Part shown: positions 17,758-25,720 of the stretch, in pieces
Layout: every line of letters starts with the position of its first letter
Position numbering within the stretch: the first letter of the stretch is position 1
Assembly (NCBI RefSeq): GCF_900199515.1
Contig: NZ_LT963434.1
Location: 423,272 to 455,271 of the forward strand
Length of the DNA stretch: 32,000 nt
Direction of reading: 5' to 3'
DNA from: Massilicoli timonensis
GTDB lineage: Bacteria > Bacillota_I > Bacilli_A > Erysipelotrichales > Erysipelotrichaceae
Made by a program: the position numbers and the translations under genes
Notes under the pieces: model-generated
The model's database searches: none
What the model saw: the letters and a program-made list of their open reading frames with translations, nothing else
Told to the model about the DNA's origin: nothing

Positions 17758-18042
17758 TCAGATCTCCAGTTTTGCTTTCTTAGATCGACGATAAAACACC
17801 AACGTCTTGCCGATCTTCTGCACCAATTCACAATTTGCCTGTGCGCATAAATAAGCAGCTGCCTCGTTTACGTCGATCGGACAAGTCTTTAACAGTGTGA
17901 TCTTTACTAATTCATGCGCTTCCAATGCATCTGCCAAAGTTTTGACACTGTTGCTCCCAAGTCCGTCCTTGCCAACCTGCATGATGGCTCTTTGACTTTG
18001 TGCCATCGCCCGCAGTGTTTTTTTCTGTTTATTCGTCAACAT
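17758..18042 (-). CDS. yhbY: YhbY/YqeI CRM-domain RNA-binding protein
   Basis: It reads MLTNKQKKTLRAMAQS...MQVGKDGL...ELVKI...VFYR. I place the start at the internal ATG, which has a GGGAGG RBS. A TAATG overlap joins it to the yqeH stop. Confidence 0.85.
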   Translation of the reverse strand: MLTNKQKKTLRAMAQSQRAIMQVGKDGLGSNSVKTLADALEAHELVKITLLKTCPIDVNEAAAYLCAQANCELVQKIGKTLVFYRRSKKAKLEI

Positions 18043-19124
18043 TATAAAATCGCCTCCCTGAAGGTTACACCGATCTGCTTCGGCACCCAAACGCGAATAT
18101 CCGCAAAATCACCGCTGATACAAAACCAGCCCAGCCCGTGAATGACCACGTCGATCTTCTGATCGCTTTGATGAATCGTATAACAAGCCATATCCTTTTG
18201 ATCTTCACTTAAAATCGGCTTTAATAACGCTCCGTAATGCTTTTCCCATAGCGCATCCGCATTGCTTAATTTCCCCCGATGCAGCGATAAGCCTTGCGCA
18301 AAATAACCGACGCAGGTCGCCTTTTTCACCCCGCTGATATCCAATCGACAAAGTCCTCCGACCGCAAAGCTTTGATCATCCTTCAACTGATAGATCCGCG
18401 CCTTCAATGCGGCAAGCGGAACGATCGTTTTCAGATCGCCTTCGTGGATATGCGTCAAAAAAGAATCATTGCGGGTTAAGCCCGGCGTATCATATAAAAG
18501 ATATTCTCCTACCTTGATCGGATTGAGATCTAAGGTCGTGCCGGGATGCAGCGAGGTCGTCAGTTCTTTGCTTTGTAGCAGTGCATTCAGCAGAGTGCTT
18601 TTTCCCGCATTCGCCATGCCCATCACGACCACGTCGCGCCCCTTTCGATGATAAGCGATCGCTTCTTTCAAAGAAGCCAGGGAATCATTATCATCCGCAA
18701 ACGCATGCTTGACCAGATCGCCGCATACCACAATGCCCTGTACGCTGATGTCATACGCCTTTAAGCGACTCATGATAAAGCGCGCCAGTTTCTCATTGCT
18801 GAGCGTATGTGGCAAAAGATCTCGTTTCGTTACGACCATAACAATATCTTTCCCCTGCAGATGGCGGTTCATCCCCTTCACGATATTCGCCTCGAAATCA
18901 AATACATCGACCACCCAAAGCACCAGCGCGTCCAAAGCCGCAATCTTGCTTAATACTAAATGCGGATCGATTCCCTGTTTCATTTCGATTACCACATCAT
19001 CATAATGGCGAATGCGAAAGCATCGCTTGCAATATGGTTTAGTAATATCCGGGGCATAGCCCAGCGCCGTCGGATCCTCGTTTTGAAGCAAAGCGCCGCA
19101 TCCCTTACAAATTCTTTTTTCCAT
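18042..19124 (-). CDS. yqeH: Ribosome biogenesis GTPase YqeH
   Basis: It has an N-terminal zinc ribbon (CKGCGA...CKRCF) and a circularly permuted GTPase domain (TKRD ... GMANAGKST ... DTPG). Confidence 0.9.
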   Translation of the reverse strand: MEKRICKGCGALLQNEDPTALGYAPDITKPYCKRCFRIRHYDDVVIEMKQGIDPHLVLSKIAALDALVLWVVDVFDFEANIVKGMNRHLQGKDIVMVVTKRDLLPHTLSNEKLARFIMSRLKAYDISVQGIVVCGDLVKHAFADDNDSLASLKEAIAYHRKGRDVVVMGMANAGKSTLLNALLQSKELTTSLHPGTTLDLNPIKVGEYLLYDTPGLTRNDSFLTHIHEGDLKTIVPLAALKARIYQLKDDQSFAVGGLCRLDISGVKKATCVGYFAQGLSLHRGKLSNADALWEKHYGALLKPILSEDQKDMACYTIHQSDQKIDVVIHGLGWFCISGDFADIRVWVPKQIGVTFREAIL

Positions 19125-19635
19125 AATATTCTCCTTTATGAAACAACTGTTTCTTCGCTAATCTCGCACAGATCCATTTTTCGATCTGCCGGTTACATTT
19201 CGTATAAACCAGATCACGCTTCACCGCCGGATCACACAGCACCACAAATACATGCGCCAGCTTCGCTCCCAGCACATCCGTCAAAAGCTGATCGCCGATG
19301 AGTACGATCTCATCCATCTGACAGTGCATCTTTTTTTTGATTTGATGGAAGACAAAGGGCAGCGGTTTTTTCGCAAACGCCACATAAGGAAGCGATACGC
19401 TCTGCGCAAAGCGCGCAACCCTTGCCTTACGATTATTGGAAACTAAAATGACCTGAAACCCCCGTTCCTGCAAATACGCTAAAAAACGCTTTGCCCGCTC
19501 ATCCGCCACATCGACATCGTGTGCGATCAGCGTATTGTCGATATCACAGGCAATTACCCGCTGCTTTGATAATGCGACCTGATCAAACATCATCAGATCG
19601 CCGATATACGCATCCGGTACAAATAGATTCCACAT
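19105..19635 (-). CDS. yqeG: YqeG-family HAD phosphatase
   Basis: It contains DIDNTL (HAD motif I), VSNN and GDQLLTD. I place the start at MWNLFVPD, which has a GGAGG RBS 5 nt upstream, rather than at the track start. Confidence 0.85.
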   Translation of the reverse strand: MWNLFVPDAYIGDLMMFDQVALSKQRVIACDIDNTLIAHDVDVADERAKRFLAYLQERGFQVILVSNNRKARVARFAQSVSLPYVAFAKKPLPFVFHQIKKKMHCQMDEIVLIGDQLLTDVLGAKLAHVFVVLCDPAVKRDLVYTKCNRQIEKWICARLAKKQLFHKGEYYGKKNL

Positions 19636-19658
19636 ACTGACCTCCATGAAACGCATTT

Positions 19659-19667
19659 ATTTTATCA
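19659..19667 (-). promoter_or_regulatory. Candidate extended -10 for the yqeG operon
   Basis: The minus strand reads TGaTAAAAT about 25 nt upstream of the preferred yqeG start. The -35 is weak. Confidence 0.3.
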
Positions 19668-19696
19668 TATCCCTTTTTGATCTGCCATCTTTTCGT

Positions 19697-19723
19697 AAAA
19701 GAAAACTGTGTTTTCCACAGTTT
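19697..19723 (-). terminator. Intrinsic terminator after the DUF308 gene
   Basis: The minus strand reads AAACTGTG-gaaaa-CACAGTTT followed by TCTTTT. The stem overlaps the stop codon. Confidence 0.75.
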
Positions 19724-20328
19724 CATTCATCGACATCGATCAAATCATAAGATGCGTTTTCAATTCGATCTCGGCTTGGTTCTTGAAAACGTCCCGCCTT
19801 GCTCAACTGATACAGCGACCAACATTCGCTGATGCCTTCATATAACAGAAACAGCGCGATCACCCGCAGCGTTACTTCCACCGCTTCAAATGGATTAAAC
19901 AGCAATACGATCCCGGCAATCACATTGATCAAAGCCATGATCATGACCCCTTTCCATGTCGTAAAACCGACATGTCTGATCTCAAGTCCCTGCTGGACCT
20001 TGATCACTGCCTGTAAAAGCAAGGTCAAACCTGCTAAATAAGGAAATAAGCGAATGACCTCATTCGGACGGAAAAACACAAATAAACCGCCTGCCGTCGT
20101 CAAAAGTCCCACCACTAAATTAAGTGATACCGCATAGCTTCCTTCATGATACTGTTTATAATACATGTAAAAGCGGGTCAGTCCATAAAAAACGATGATA
20201 CTGCCGATAAACTGGCAACAGATCGTCATCGCCTTTAACGGCCAAAACAGCAATACGCCGCCTGCCAATACAAACAGCAGCGCCAAGACCACATTGCTTA
20301 CATGCACTTCTCTAGTATGGATTTCCAT
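19723..20328 (-). CDS. HdeD/DUF308-like membrane protein
   Basis: It has six hydrophobic helices with the repeated G-x-L/I-x-F pattern typical of DUF308. I place the start at the internal ATG (MEIHTREV), which has a GAGGTGG RBS. The family assignment is from memory. Confidence 0.55.
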   Translation of the reverse strand: MEIHTREVHVSNVVLALLFVLAGGVLLFWPLKAMTICCQFIGSIIVFYGLTRFYMYYKQYHEGSYAVSLNLVVGLLTTAGGLFVFFRPNEVIRLFPYLAGLTLLLQAVIKVQQGLEIRHVGFTTWKGVMIMALINVIAGIVLLFNPFEAVEVTLRVIALFLLYEGISECWSLYQLSKAGRFQEPSRDRIENASYDLIDVDE

Positions 20329-20400
20329 AACTGCCACCTCAATTCTAATTTCATTATACACGTTTTCACTTTACTTTGAAATGATAAATTCCATATATTT

Positions 20401-20955
20401 TTACCGTTCTTCCGCTTTGACAGAAGCGAACATCCTGATTACCCGGCAGGGATTTCCATATGCCAGCGCATAAGGCGGAATGTCTTTCGTTACGACGCTG
20501 CCGGCGCCGATCACCGCATGATCCCCGATCGTTACCCCGCCAAGCACCACACAGTTTCCCCCAAACCAGACATGTGAACCGACGGTAATCGGCGCACAGG
20601 TCTCTAGCATCTGATCGCGCAGCGCACTGTCAAGAGGATGAGAAGCTGTATAAAAACCGCAGTTAGGACCGATCAGACAATCATCACCAAACGTGATCCT
20701 CGCCTCATCCAGAAACACCGCATTAAAATTCGCATGGAAACGATGACCGACAAAAATATTTTCACCATAGTCAAAATGAAAAGGCACACACATCTCACAA
20801 TCATCATGCCAGCTCCCAAGCAGCTCTTTCAATACCTGCTGCTCCTCTCCCTGTTTCATCTGCTTCAAGGCCTCCTGTACTTTTTTTCGCTGCTCCAGCA
20901 GTTCTTCATCATAGGCATGATATAGAACGCCGGGTTTGATCTCATTTGCTTTCAT
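20401..20955 (-). CDS. maa: Maltose/galactoside-type sugar O-acetyltransferase (left-handed beta-helix)
   Basis: It has an N-terminal Mac domain (YHAYDEELLEQRKKVQEAL). Hexapeptide repeats end in GDHAVIGAGSVVTKDIPPYALAYGNPCRVIR. Confidence 0.85.
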   Translation of the reverse strand: MKANEIKPGVLYHAYDEELLEQRKKVQEALKQMKQGEEQQVLKELLGSWHDDCEMCVPFHFDYGENIFVGHRFHANFNAVFLDEARITFGDDCLIGPNCGFYTASHPLDSALRDQMLETCAPITVGSHVWFGGNCVVLGGVTIGDHAVIGAGSVVTKDIPPYALAYGNPCRVIRMFASVKAEER

Positions 20956-21032
20956 AACGCTCTCCTATTCAATACAATGTTTTTTTACGCTTCCCCATTC
21001 TAACATATTTCCTTGTATTTTTACATAGGATA
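20952..21032 (+). promoter_or_regulatory. Candidate mother-cell (sigma-E/sigma-K type) promoter motifs upstream of sigK
   Basis: One candidate is ACATATT-14 nt-CATAGGAT(A) at 21003-21032. It fits ATA...CATA-type consensus but sits only about 16 nt from the ATG. An alternative is TCATAAC-12 nt-AATACAAT at 20952-20978. Neither is compelling alone. Confidence 0.25.
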
Positions 21033-21047
21033 GAAAAGGGTGATAGG

Positions 21048-21761
21048 ATGTTTTCTACGATCATAGAATTATTTTCACAGGCGCTTTGTCTGCTTGGCTA
21101 TATTCGCAGTAGTTCTTTTAAGCAGCCGCTCTCAAAGGCAGAGGAGGCAAAATGTATCGAAGGTTTGCTTGCCCATGACAGTATCTGCCGCGATCGGCTC
21201 ATTGAACATAATCTGCGTTTGGTCGCGCATATCGCCAAAAAATATGACATCAAGAAAGAGCAAAGCGAGGATCTGATCAGCATCGGCACGATCGGCCTGA
21301 TCAAAGCCATTGATTCCTTTAAGCCGGAAAAAGGCAAAAAGCTCACCACTTATGCTTCCCGCTGCATTGAAAACGAGATCTTGATGTACCTGCGCAGCTC
21401 CAAGCATTATTTTCAAACGCTTTCCTTAAATGAACCGATTGCCACAGACAAAGACGGCAGCGAGATCACTTTGCTTGACGCACTCGCTGCACCGCCGACC
21501 AGAAGTGTTGTCGATACGATGCTATTGGCTCGAAATACCAAAAAACTGCAAACATATTTAGGTACATTAGATGAGCGGGAACTGGAAATCATTTCTAAAC
21601 GATTTGGACTAATGGGAATGCAAGAGCAGACACAGCGTGAGATCGCCAAAGAGCTGCATATTTCCAGAAGCTATGTATCGCGGATCGAAAAGCGCGCGTT
21701 AATGAAATTATACCGCTGCTTCGCCCAGGAGGAAGCGCCATATCAAAACGAAGAGCGGTAG
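21048..21761 (+). CDS. sigK: Sporulation sigma factor SigK (pro-sigma-K), uninterrupted
   Basis: It is near-collinear with B. subtilis SigK: LIEHNLRLVAHIAKKY, EDLISIGTIGLIKA, TYASRCIENEILMYLR, TQREIAKELHISRSYVSRIEKRALMKL. A hydrophobic N-terminal leader is followed by YIRSSSFKQPLS (compare YVKNNAFPQPLS). Confidence 0.85.
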   Translation: MFSTIIELFSQALCLLGYIRSSSFKQPLSKAEEAKCIEGLLAHDSICRDRLIEHNLRLVAHIAKKYDIKKEQSEDLISIGTIGLIKAIDSFKPEKGKKLTTYASRCIENEILMYLRSSKHYFQTLSLNEPIATDKDGSEITLLDALAAPPTRSVVDTMLLARNTKKLQTYLGTLDERELEIISKRFGLMGMQEQTQREIAKELHISRSYVSRIEKRALMKLYRCFAQEEAPYQNEER

Positions 21762-21802
21762 AAAAACGTACAGGACTTATCTGCCTGTACGTTTATTTTT
21801 TT
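21762..21802. terminator. Bidirectional terminator between convergent sigK and the lipoprotein gene
   Basis: AAACGTACAGG-9 nt-CCTGTACGTTT followed by ATTTTTTT, with an A-run on the 5' side. Confidence 0.8.
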
Positions 21803-21804
21803 GA

Positions 21805-22749
21805 TTATTTCGTATCTGTAAATAATTGCATAGTAAAACGGATATTTTCCCATGCCGCATATCTGCCGCGCAATTCCTCGATCGAAACTTCATATGGAAT
21901 CAAAGCGCGATCATATCGAACGACCTTTCCGATCACATTGACGCATTCTGTATAGTTTGGCTGCTTGTGAATCCGGTATTCGATATGGATCGGCGACCCC
22001 ATATTGTAGATCAAAGTAATCGGAAACGACAAGGAACGTGTACGAGTCAGCATCATTGTCCGAGTAGGATCTGTTTCATCTTCCACCGCGATAAGATCCT
22101 CTGTTTCATTCATTTTATCTTTTCGATTGCCCGCAAACTGCTGCTCTTTGACCCCGTGCTCGGCACTATGCACATCCAAGCTCATATCTCCGTGCATCTT
22201 TCCATCGCTTTGTATGCCAAGTACGATGTAGCGAATACAATCTCCTTGGGTAATCGTACTTTCCTGATACTGTTCTAAATGCAGCGTAAGCGCTTGTCCA
22301 TGCTTGAGATCACTGAGATAAAGCATATCGTAATTCAGCTTTTTGATCTCTTTCAACATCTGCATCACATAGTTTACTTCGCATTCTTCAATCCGTATGA
22401 GATGATGGATCGATGGTTTTTGATCCTGAAAGTAGACTGCGATCATATCATACTGTTTCAAATTGATGTCATACCAGTCCGCTACAAGCATTCCCTCTTC
22501 TTTTAACGTATCATAATCATACTTCCCAACTACAAAGAACAGTTGATCTTGTAAAAGCGTGGAAAGGCTTTTTTGATGTTTTTGAAATAGATCATCACTG
22601 ATGATGACAGGATCCTGCGGCTTTCGGTCTTCTAATTCTGTTATCGTTTCAATTACGGGAAGGACCATTTTTTCCTTCTCTTTTTCTTTTGTGCCCGAAC
22701 AGGCGCAAAGCAGGCAACCGATCATGAAAACAAACATGATTTTTCTCAT
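21805..22749 (-). CDS. Hypothetical lipoprotein (314 aa)
   Basis: It has a signal peptide with a lipobox (MRKIMFVFMIGCLLCAC-SG) and a GGGAGGGAG RBS. I recognise no domain. Confidence 0.6.
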   Translation of the reverse strand: MRKIMFVFMIGCLLCACSGTKEKEKEKMVLPVIETITELEDRKPQDPVIISDDLFQKHQKSLSTLLQDQLFFVVGKYDYDTLKEEGMLVADWYDINLKQYDMIAVYFQDQKPSIHHLIRIEECEVNYVMQMLKEIKKLNYDMLYLSDLKHGQALTLHLEQYQESTITQGDCIRYIVLGIQSDGKMHGDMSLDVHSAEHGVKEQQFAGNRKDKMNETEDLIAVEDETDPTRTMMLTRTRSLSFPITLIYNMGSPIHIEYRIHKQPNYTECVNVIGKVVRYDRALIPYEVSIEELRGRYAAWENIRFTMQLFTDTK

Positions 22750-22789
22750 TATGCTCCCTCCCTCTTTTGATAGGATTCTTCTTAATTTT

Positions 22790-22798
22790 ATTATATCA
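22790..22798 (-). promoter_or_regulatory. Candidate extended -10 for the lipoprotein gene
   Basis: The minus strand reads TGaTATAAT about 40 nt upstream of the ATG. Confidence 0.35.
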
Positions 22799-23001
22799 TA
22801 AAATTAAACATTATCTCCGAAGATAGAAAATCAATATCGTTGAGTAGGAAGATCAAATATAAATTCGGCAGTATTTCTTAATGATCATTGGCAACATTAA
22901 ACCGAAGTAACTAGCCCATTACCAATGAAGATCGTTTTAGATAAATCGCTTTCAGAAGAGCTCATGGATCCCGTTGCATCACAATTAAGAACATGCTATA
23001 T

Positions 23002-23037
23002 TATAAGTGAAGAAAGATATTGTGATCATCACTTATA
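23002..23037. promoter_or_regulatory. Nested inverted repeats upstream of the DUF2812-like gene (candidate operator or RNA hairpin)
   Basis: TATAAGTGA (23002-23010) and TCACTTATA (23029-23037) are perfect 9-nt inverted repeats. An inner palindrome GTGATcATCAC (23022-23032) shares the TCAC arm. A TAGAAT -10-like hexamer at 23036-23041 overlaps the right arm. Confidence 0.3.
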
Positions 23038-23096
23038 GAATTACAAATACAATAATAGGAAATTAGAAAAATCGTATATGAAAGAGAGGTACATTT

Positions 23097-24261
23097 ATGA
23101 AATGGAGACTGTTATTCCTTTCTAAATTAGATGATCATTACTTAGAAACTTATCTAAATCATATGTTAGAGAAAGGCTATTGTCTGAAATTTGCATGTGA
23201 GCCGCTTTTCGCATTTGAAAAATCACAAAAAAAAACAGTACAACTATTATGTAACGCCAAGAAAGAATTTTGATGGTTTGGGTTATGAATCGGATATGAA
23301 ATCAGAAGAACGCATATCTACATGGCGATTTCATATCGACCATAAAATTATTCCTTTTGAAGCTGCGTTTGCGAGCCACTATTTAGATGTTGCTTTGTTT
23401 CTGCTTGCTTCTTTGATCATATTCATATCAAGTTGTATTTATCTGTTCACAAACGGAGATATAAACGCTCTATCATATGTGTTCTCGGTATTAGGAATTA
23501 TACTGTTTATATGGCAAGGTATTCTGTTATATAACAAAATCATTCATAAGAAACAAACAATTTACTTAGAAAAACTAGTATGGCTGCGTAATCTATTATA
23601 TCTTTCTTTCTGCATCTGCCTGTTTATTTTGATGATCATGCATGGAATCATAGGGCAACGGATATTGATCGGAACAATCATTTCTTTGATCGTATTATTT
23701 TCAATTCGATTGCAGTTTGTAAAAGGAAAATTGACAACCTATCGTTTGTGGTTCAATCGAGGACTTTTCTGGGCAGTAGGCATTCTATTTGCACTTTATA
23801 TTGTGCAACTGATCGAACATCCTGCAGTCAAAGAACATGCAGTTTGTTTAGATCATCCATATGTTATTACCCTATCTGATTTCGGAATACATGCTAAACG
23901 AACATCATGTGATCAAAATGAGGTTTCATTGCATTACAGTGAAAGCGATAATCTTTATACGGTATGGGATAACACCAAGTTAAAAAATGAAGAAAAAGAA
24001 CAAATGATTCATACCGAAATCACGCAGTATGCCGATGAAACAGAAAGCAAAAAGGAATTTGACGATGCCTGTGCGATCTATCATAAAAGACTGAAACAGA
24101 CAGAAGAAATCTTGGTAAACGGCGGCAGCGGTGTTTTATTCTATTCGCATGAAACTGAAATTGCGTTGATATTAAAAGATAATCAAGTATACTTTTATAA
24201 AACAGAATATCTGCAAGGCAATCAATCATTAAAAGAGCTATTAGAAGAGATGTTTCATTAG
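23097..24261 (+). pseudogene. DUF2812-like polytopic membrane protein, split by a +1 frame break at an A9 tract
   Basis: The ATG at 23097 has a GAGAGG RBS and opens MKWRLLFLSKLDDHYLETYLNHMLEKGYCLKFACEPLFAFEKSQKK. That frame then runs into a stop at 23271. Track ORF 23191-24261 continues in the +1 frame from the A-run (KKKQYNYYVTPRKNF...). An A8 tract would give one 387-codon ORF. The N-terminal pattern resembles DUF2812 (xLNxMxxKGxxL...FxFEK...Y). This is followed by about 6 TM helices and a soluble tail of about 130 aa. Confidence 0.6.
23227..23235 (+). repeat. Homopolymeric A9 tract at the frame junction
   Basis: Counted directly: aatcac-AAAAAAAAA-cag. Confidence 0.9.
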
Positions 24262-24386
24262 CCAAAGCGGGGTGGTTGAAAAAGAATGATTCTTTGGCGA
24301 AACAATGTTTGTAAATCAAAAATCAAAGTAATACACCGTTATAGAAATATATATTCAGTCATCTTTATGAATGATGATCATAAATG

Positions 24387-24420
24387 AAAACGCACAGTCA
24401 CAAGCGACTGTACGTTTTTT
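24387..24420. terminator. Bidirectional terminator between the DUF2812-like gene and purC
   Basis: AAAACGcACAGTC-acaagc-GACTGTaCGTTTTTT, 11 nt beyond the purC stop. Confidence 0.75.
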
Positions 24421-24430
24421 CTTTATCTTA

Positions 24431-25114
24431 TTATTTCGCTAAGATCAGTTTTGTCAGTTCCATCGGATCGACGATCTTACCGTCTTTATAAACACGCATA
24501 TTGCCGGAAGCAATTTCATCGATCAAAATGACTTCATCATTGTTGTACCCGAATTCAAATTTGATGTCATACAGATCCAGTCCTTTTGCTTTCAGATCCT
24601 GCGCAACGATCTTTGTGATCTTTAATGTCTGTTCTTTCATGCTTTCAAACATGTCCGCACTCATAATGCCCAGTGCTACCAATCCTTCTTTGGTAATCAG
24701 CGGATCGCCTTTCGCATCATCTTTCAATGTTGCTTCCACATAACCGCCTTCTAACACCGTGCCATCTTTCATATAATCACCGTAGCGGCGAATGAAACTG
24801 CCGGTCGCGACCAAACGACAAATAACTTCCAAGCCCTTTCCAAACACTTTGGCAGGCAGCACTTCCATTGTCGCATGTTCGATGTCCGCACTCACATAAT
24901 GGGTCTTGATACCGGCTTCTTTCAACAGTTCAAAGAAGTGGATAGAAGTTTCCAGATTGGCTTTTCCGATTCCTTCGATCGTTAACCCAACACTGTTTTC
25001 ACCTGGATCGAAAACGCCGTCCTTGCCGGTGCAGTCATCTTTGAATTCCAGCATGACGTTTCCGTTTTCCAGCTCATACACATTCTTCGTTTTACCTTCA
25101 TACACTTTTTTCAT
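24431..25114 (-). CDS. purC: Phosphoribosylaminoimidazole-succinocarboxamide synthase
   Basis: It starts [18 protein letters not shown] and contains the SAICAR synthetase signature region ([12 protein letters not shown]). At 227 aa it is the short Firmicute type. Confidence 0.95.
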   Translation of the reverse strand: MKKVYEGKTKNVYELENGNVMLEFKDDCTGKDGVFDPGENSVGLTIEGIGKANLETSIHFFELLKEAGIKTHYVSADIEHATMEVLPAKVFGKGLEVICRLVATGSFIRRYGDYMKDGTVLEGGYVEATLKDDAKGDPLITKEGLVALGIMSADMFESMKEQTLKITKIVAQDLKAKGLDLYDIKFEFGYNNDEVILIDEIASGNMRVYKDGKIVDPMELTKLILAK

Positions 25115-25225
25115 AAGTACCCTCCATTTTTACTTTTTTCAAAAGCACTTATATTCTATCACAAAATAAGGACGATACGATATTTTTTTTATATTTTTTT
25201 ATGCAAGCGATCCCATGAAAAAAGC

Positions 25226-25720
25226 TTAACGCCACTGTACTTTCGCAGGATCATAGCGATCCTCGAAGCCCTTGCTTTCCATCCCTTCCCCCAGTGCGAT
25301 CACCGCAATCGGCAACAGTTCCTTTGATAAAGCAAAATAATTGCTGAAAGCGTCAATACGTTCCTTTGAAGGAGCGATCGCACACCAGCAGGATCCCAGT
25401 CCCAAATGCGTCGCTTCCAACAAAATATTCATGATGGCCACAGACGCGTCGCAGTACAGATACGGATCGCTGTTCAAGGTGCGATCCCCCATTACGATGA
25501 TGGCGGCGCCGGCACTTTTCATCATATTGGCATAAGGATGCAAAGAAGGAAGCACATCCAGATCTTCCCGCTTTTGTAATACCAGAAAGCGCCATGTCTG
25601 CTTGTTCATCGCCGTCGGTGCCTGCATCGCACTGCGCAACAGCACTTCCAATGTTTCCTGTTTCACTGCCTCTTTATTAAATTTACGGATGCTTCTTCGT
25701 TTTTCGATTTCTTTTAACAT
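25226..25720 (-). CDS. Nitroreductase-family protein
   Basis: It begins RRSIRKF..., has APTAMNKQTWRFLV and has the family-typical length. It overlaps the glpK stop by 7 nt. Confidence 0.85.
   Translation of the reverse strand: MLKEIEKRRSIRKFNKEAVKQETLEVLLRSAMQAPTAMNKQTWRFLVLQKREDLDVLPSLHPYANMMKSAGAAIIVMGDRTLNSDPYLYCDASVAIMNILLEATHLGLGSCWCAIAPSKERIDAFSNYFALSKELLPIAVIALGEGMESKGFEDRYDPAKVQWR

Noticed and set aside
22925-23038. 37-aa ORF (MKIVLDKSLSEELMDPVASQLRTCYIISEERYCDHHL) in the spacer upstream of the DUF2812-like gene, considered as a PadR remnant or small regulator
   Set aside because: It has no RBS and no resemblance to the PadR winged-helix motif. Its 3' end is better explained by the inverted-repeat and -10 elements.
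23222-23236. Programmed -1 ribosomal frameshift on the A_AAA_AAA heptamer
   Set aside because: The downstream ORF is in the +1 frame, not the -1 frame, relative to the upstream ORF. A -1 slip gives the wrong frame. DNA or transcript-level loss of one A fits better.
24262-24300. GCCAAAG-24 nt-CTTTGGC inverted repeat right after the DUF2812-like stop, considered as a terminator
   Set aside because: The loop is large and no T-run follows. A much better terminator lies at 24387-24420.
25115-25225. Purine riboswitch or leader upstream of the solitary purC
   Set aside because: I read both strands and found no riboswitch-like conserved core or terminator/antiterminator pair. There is only an A/T-rich stretch and a TGaTAGAAT -10-like element.
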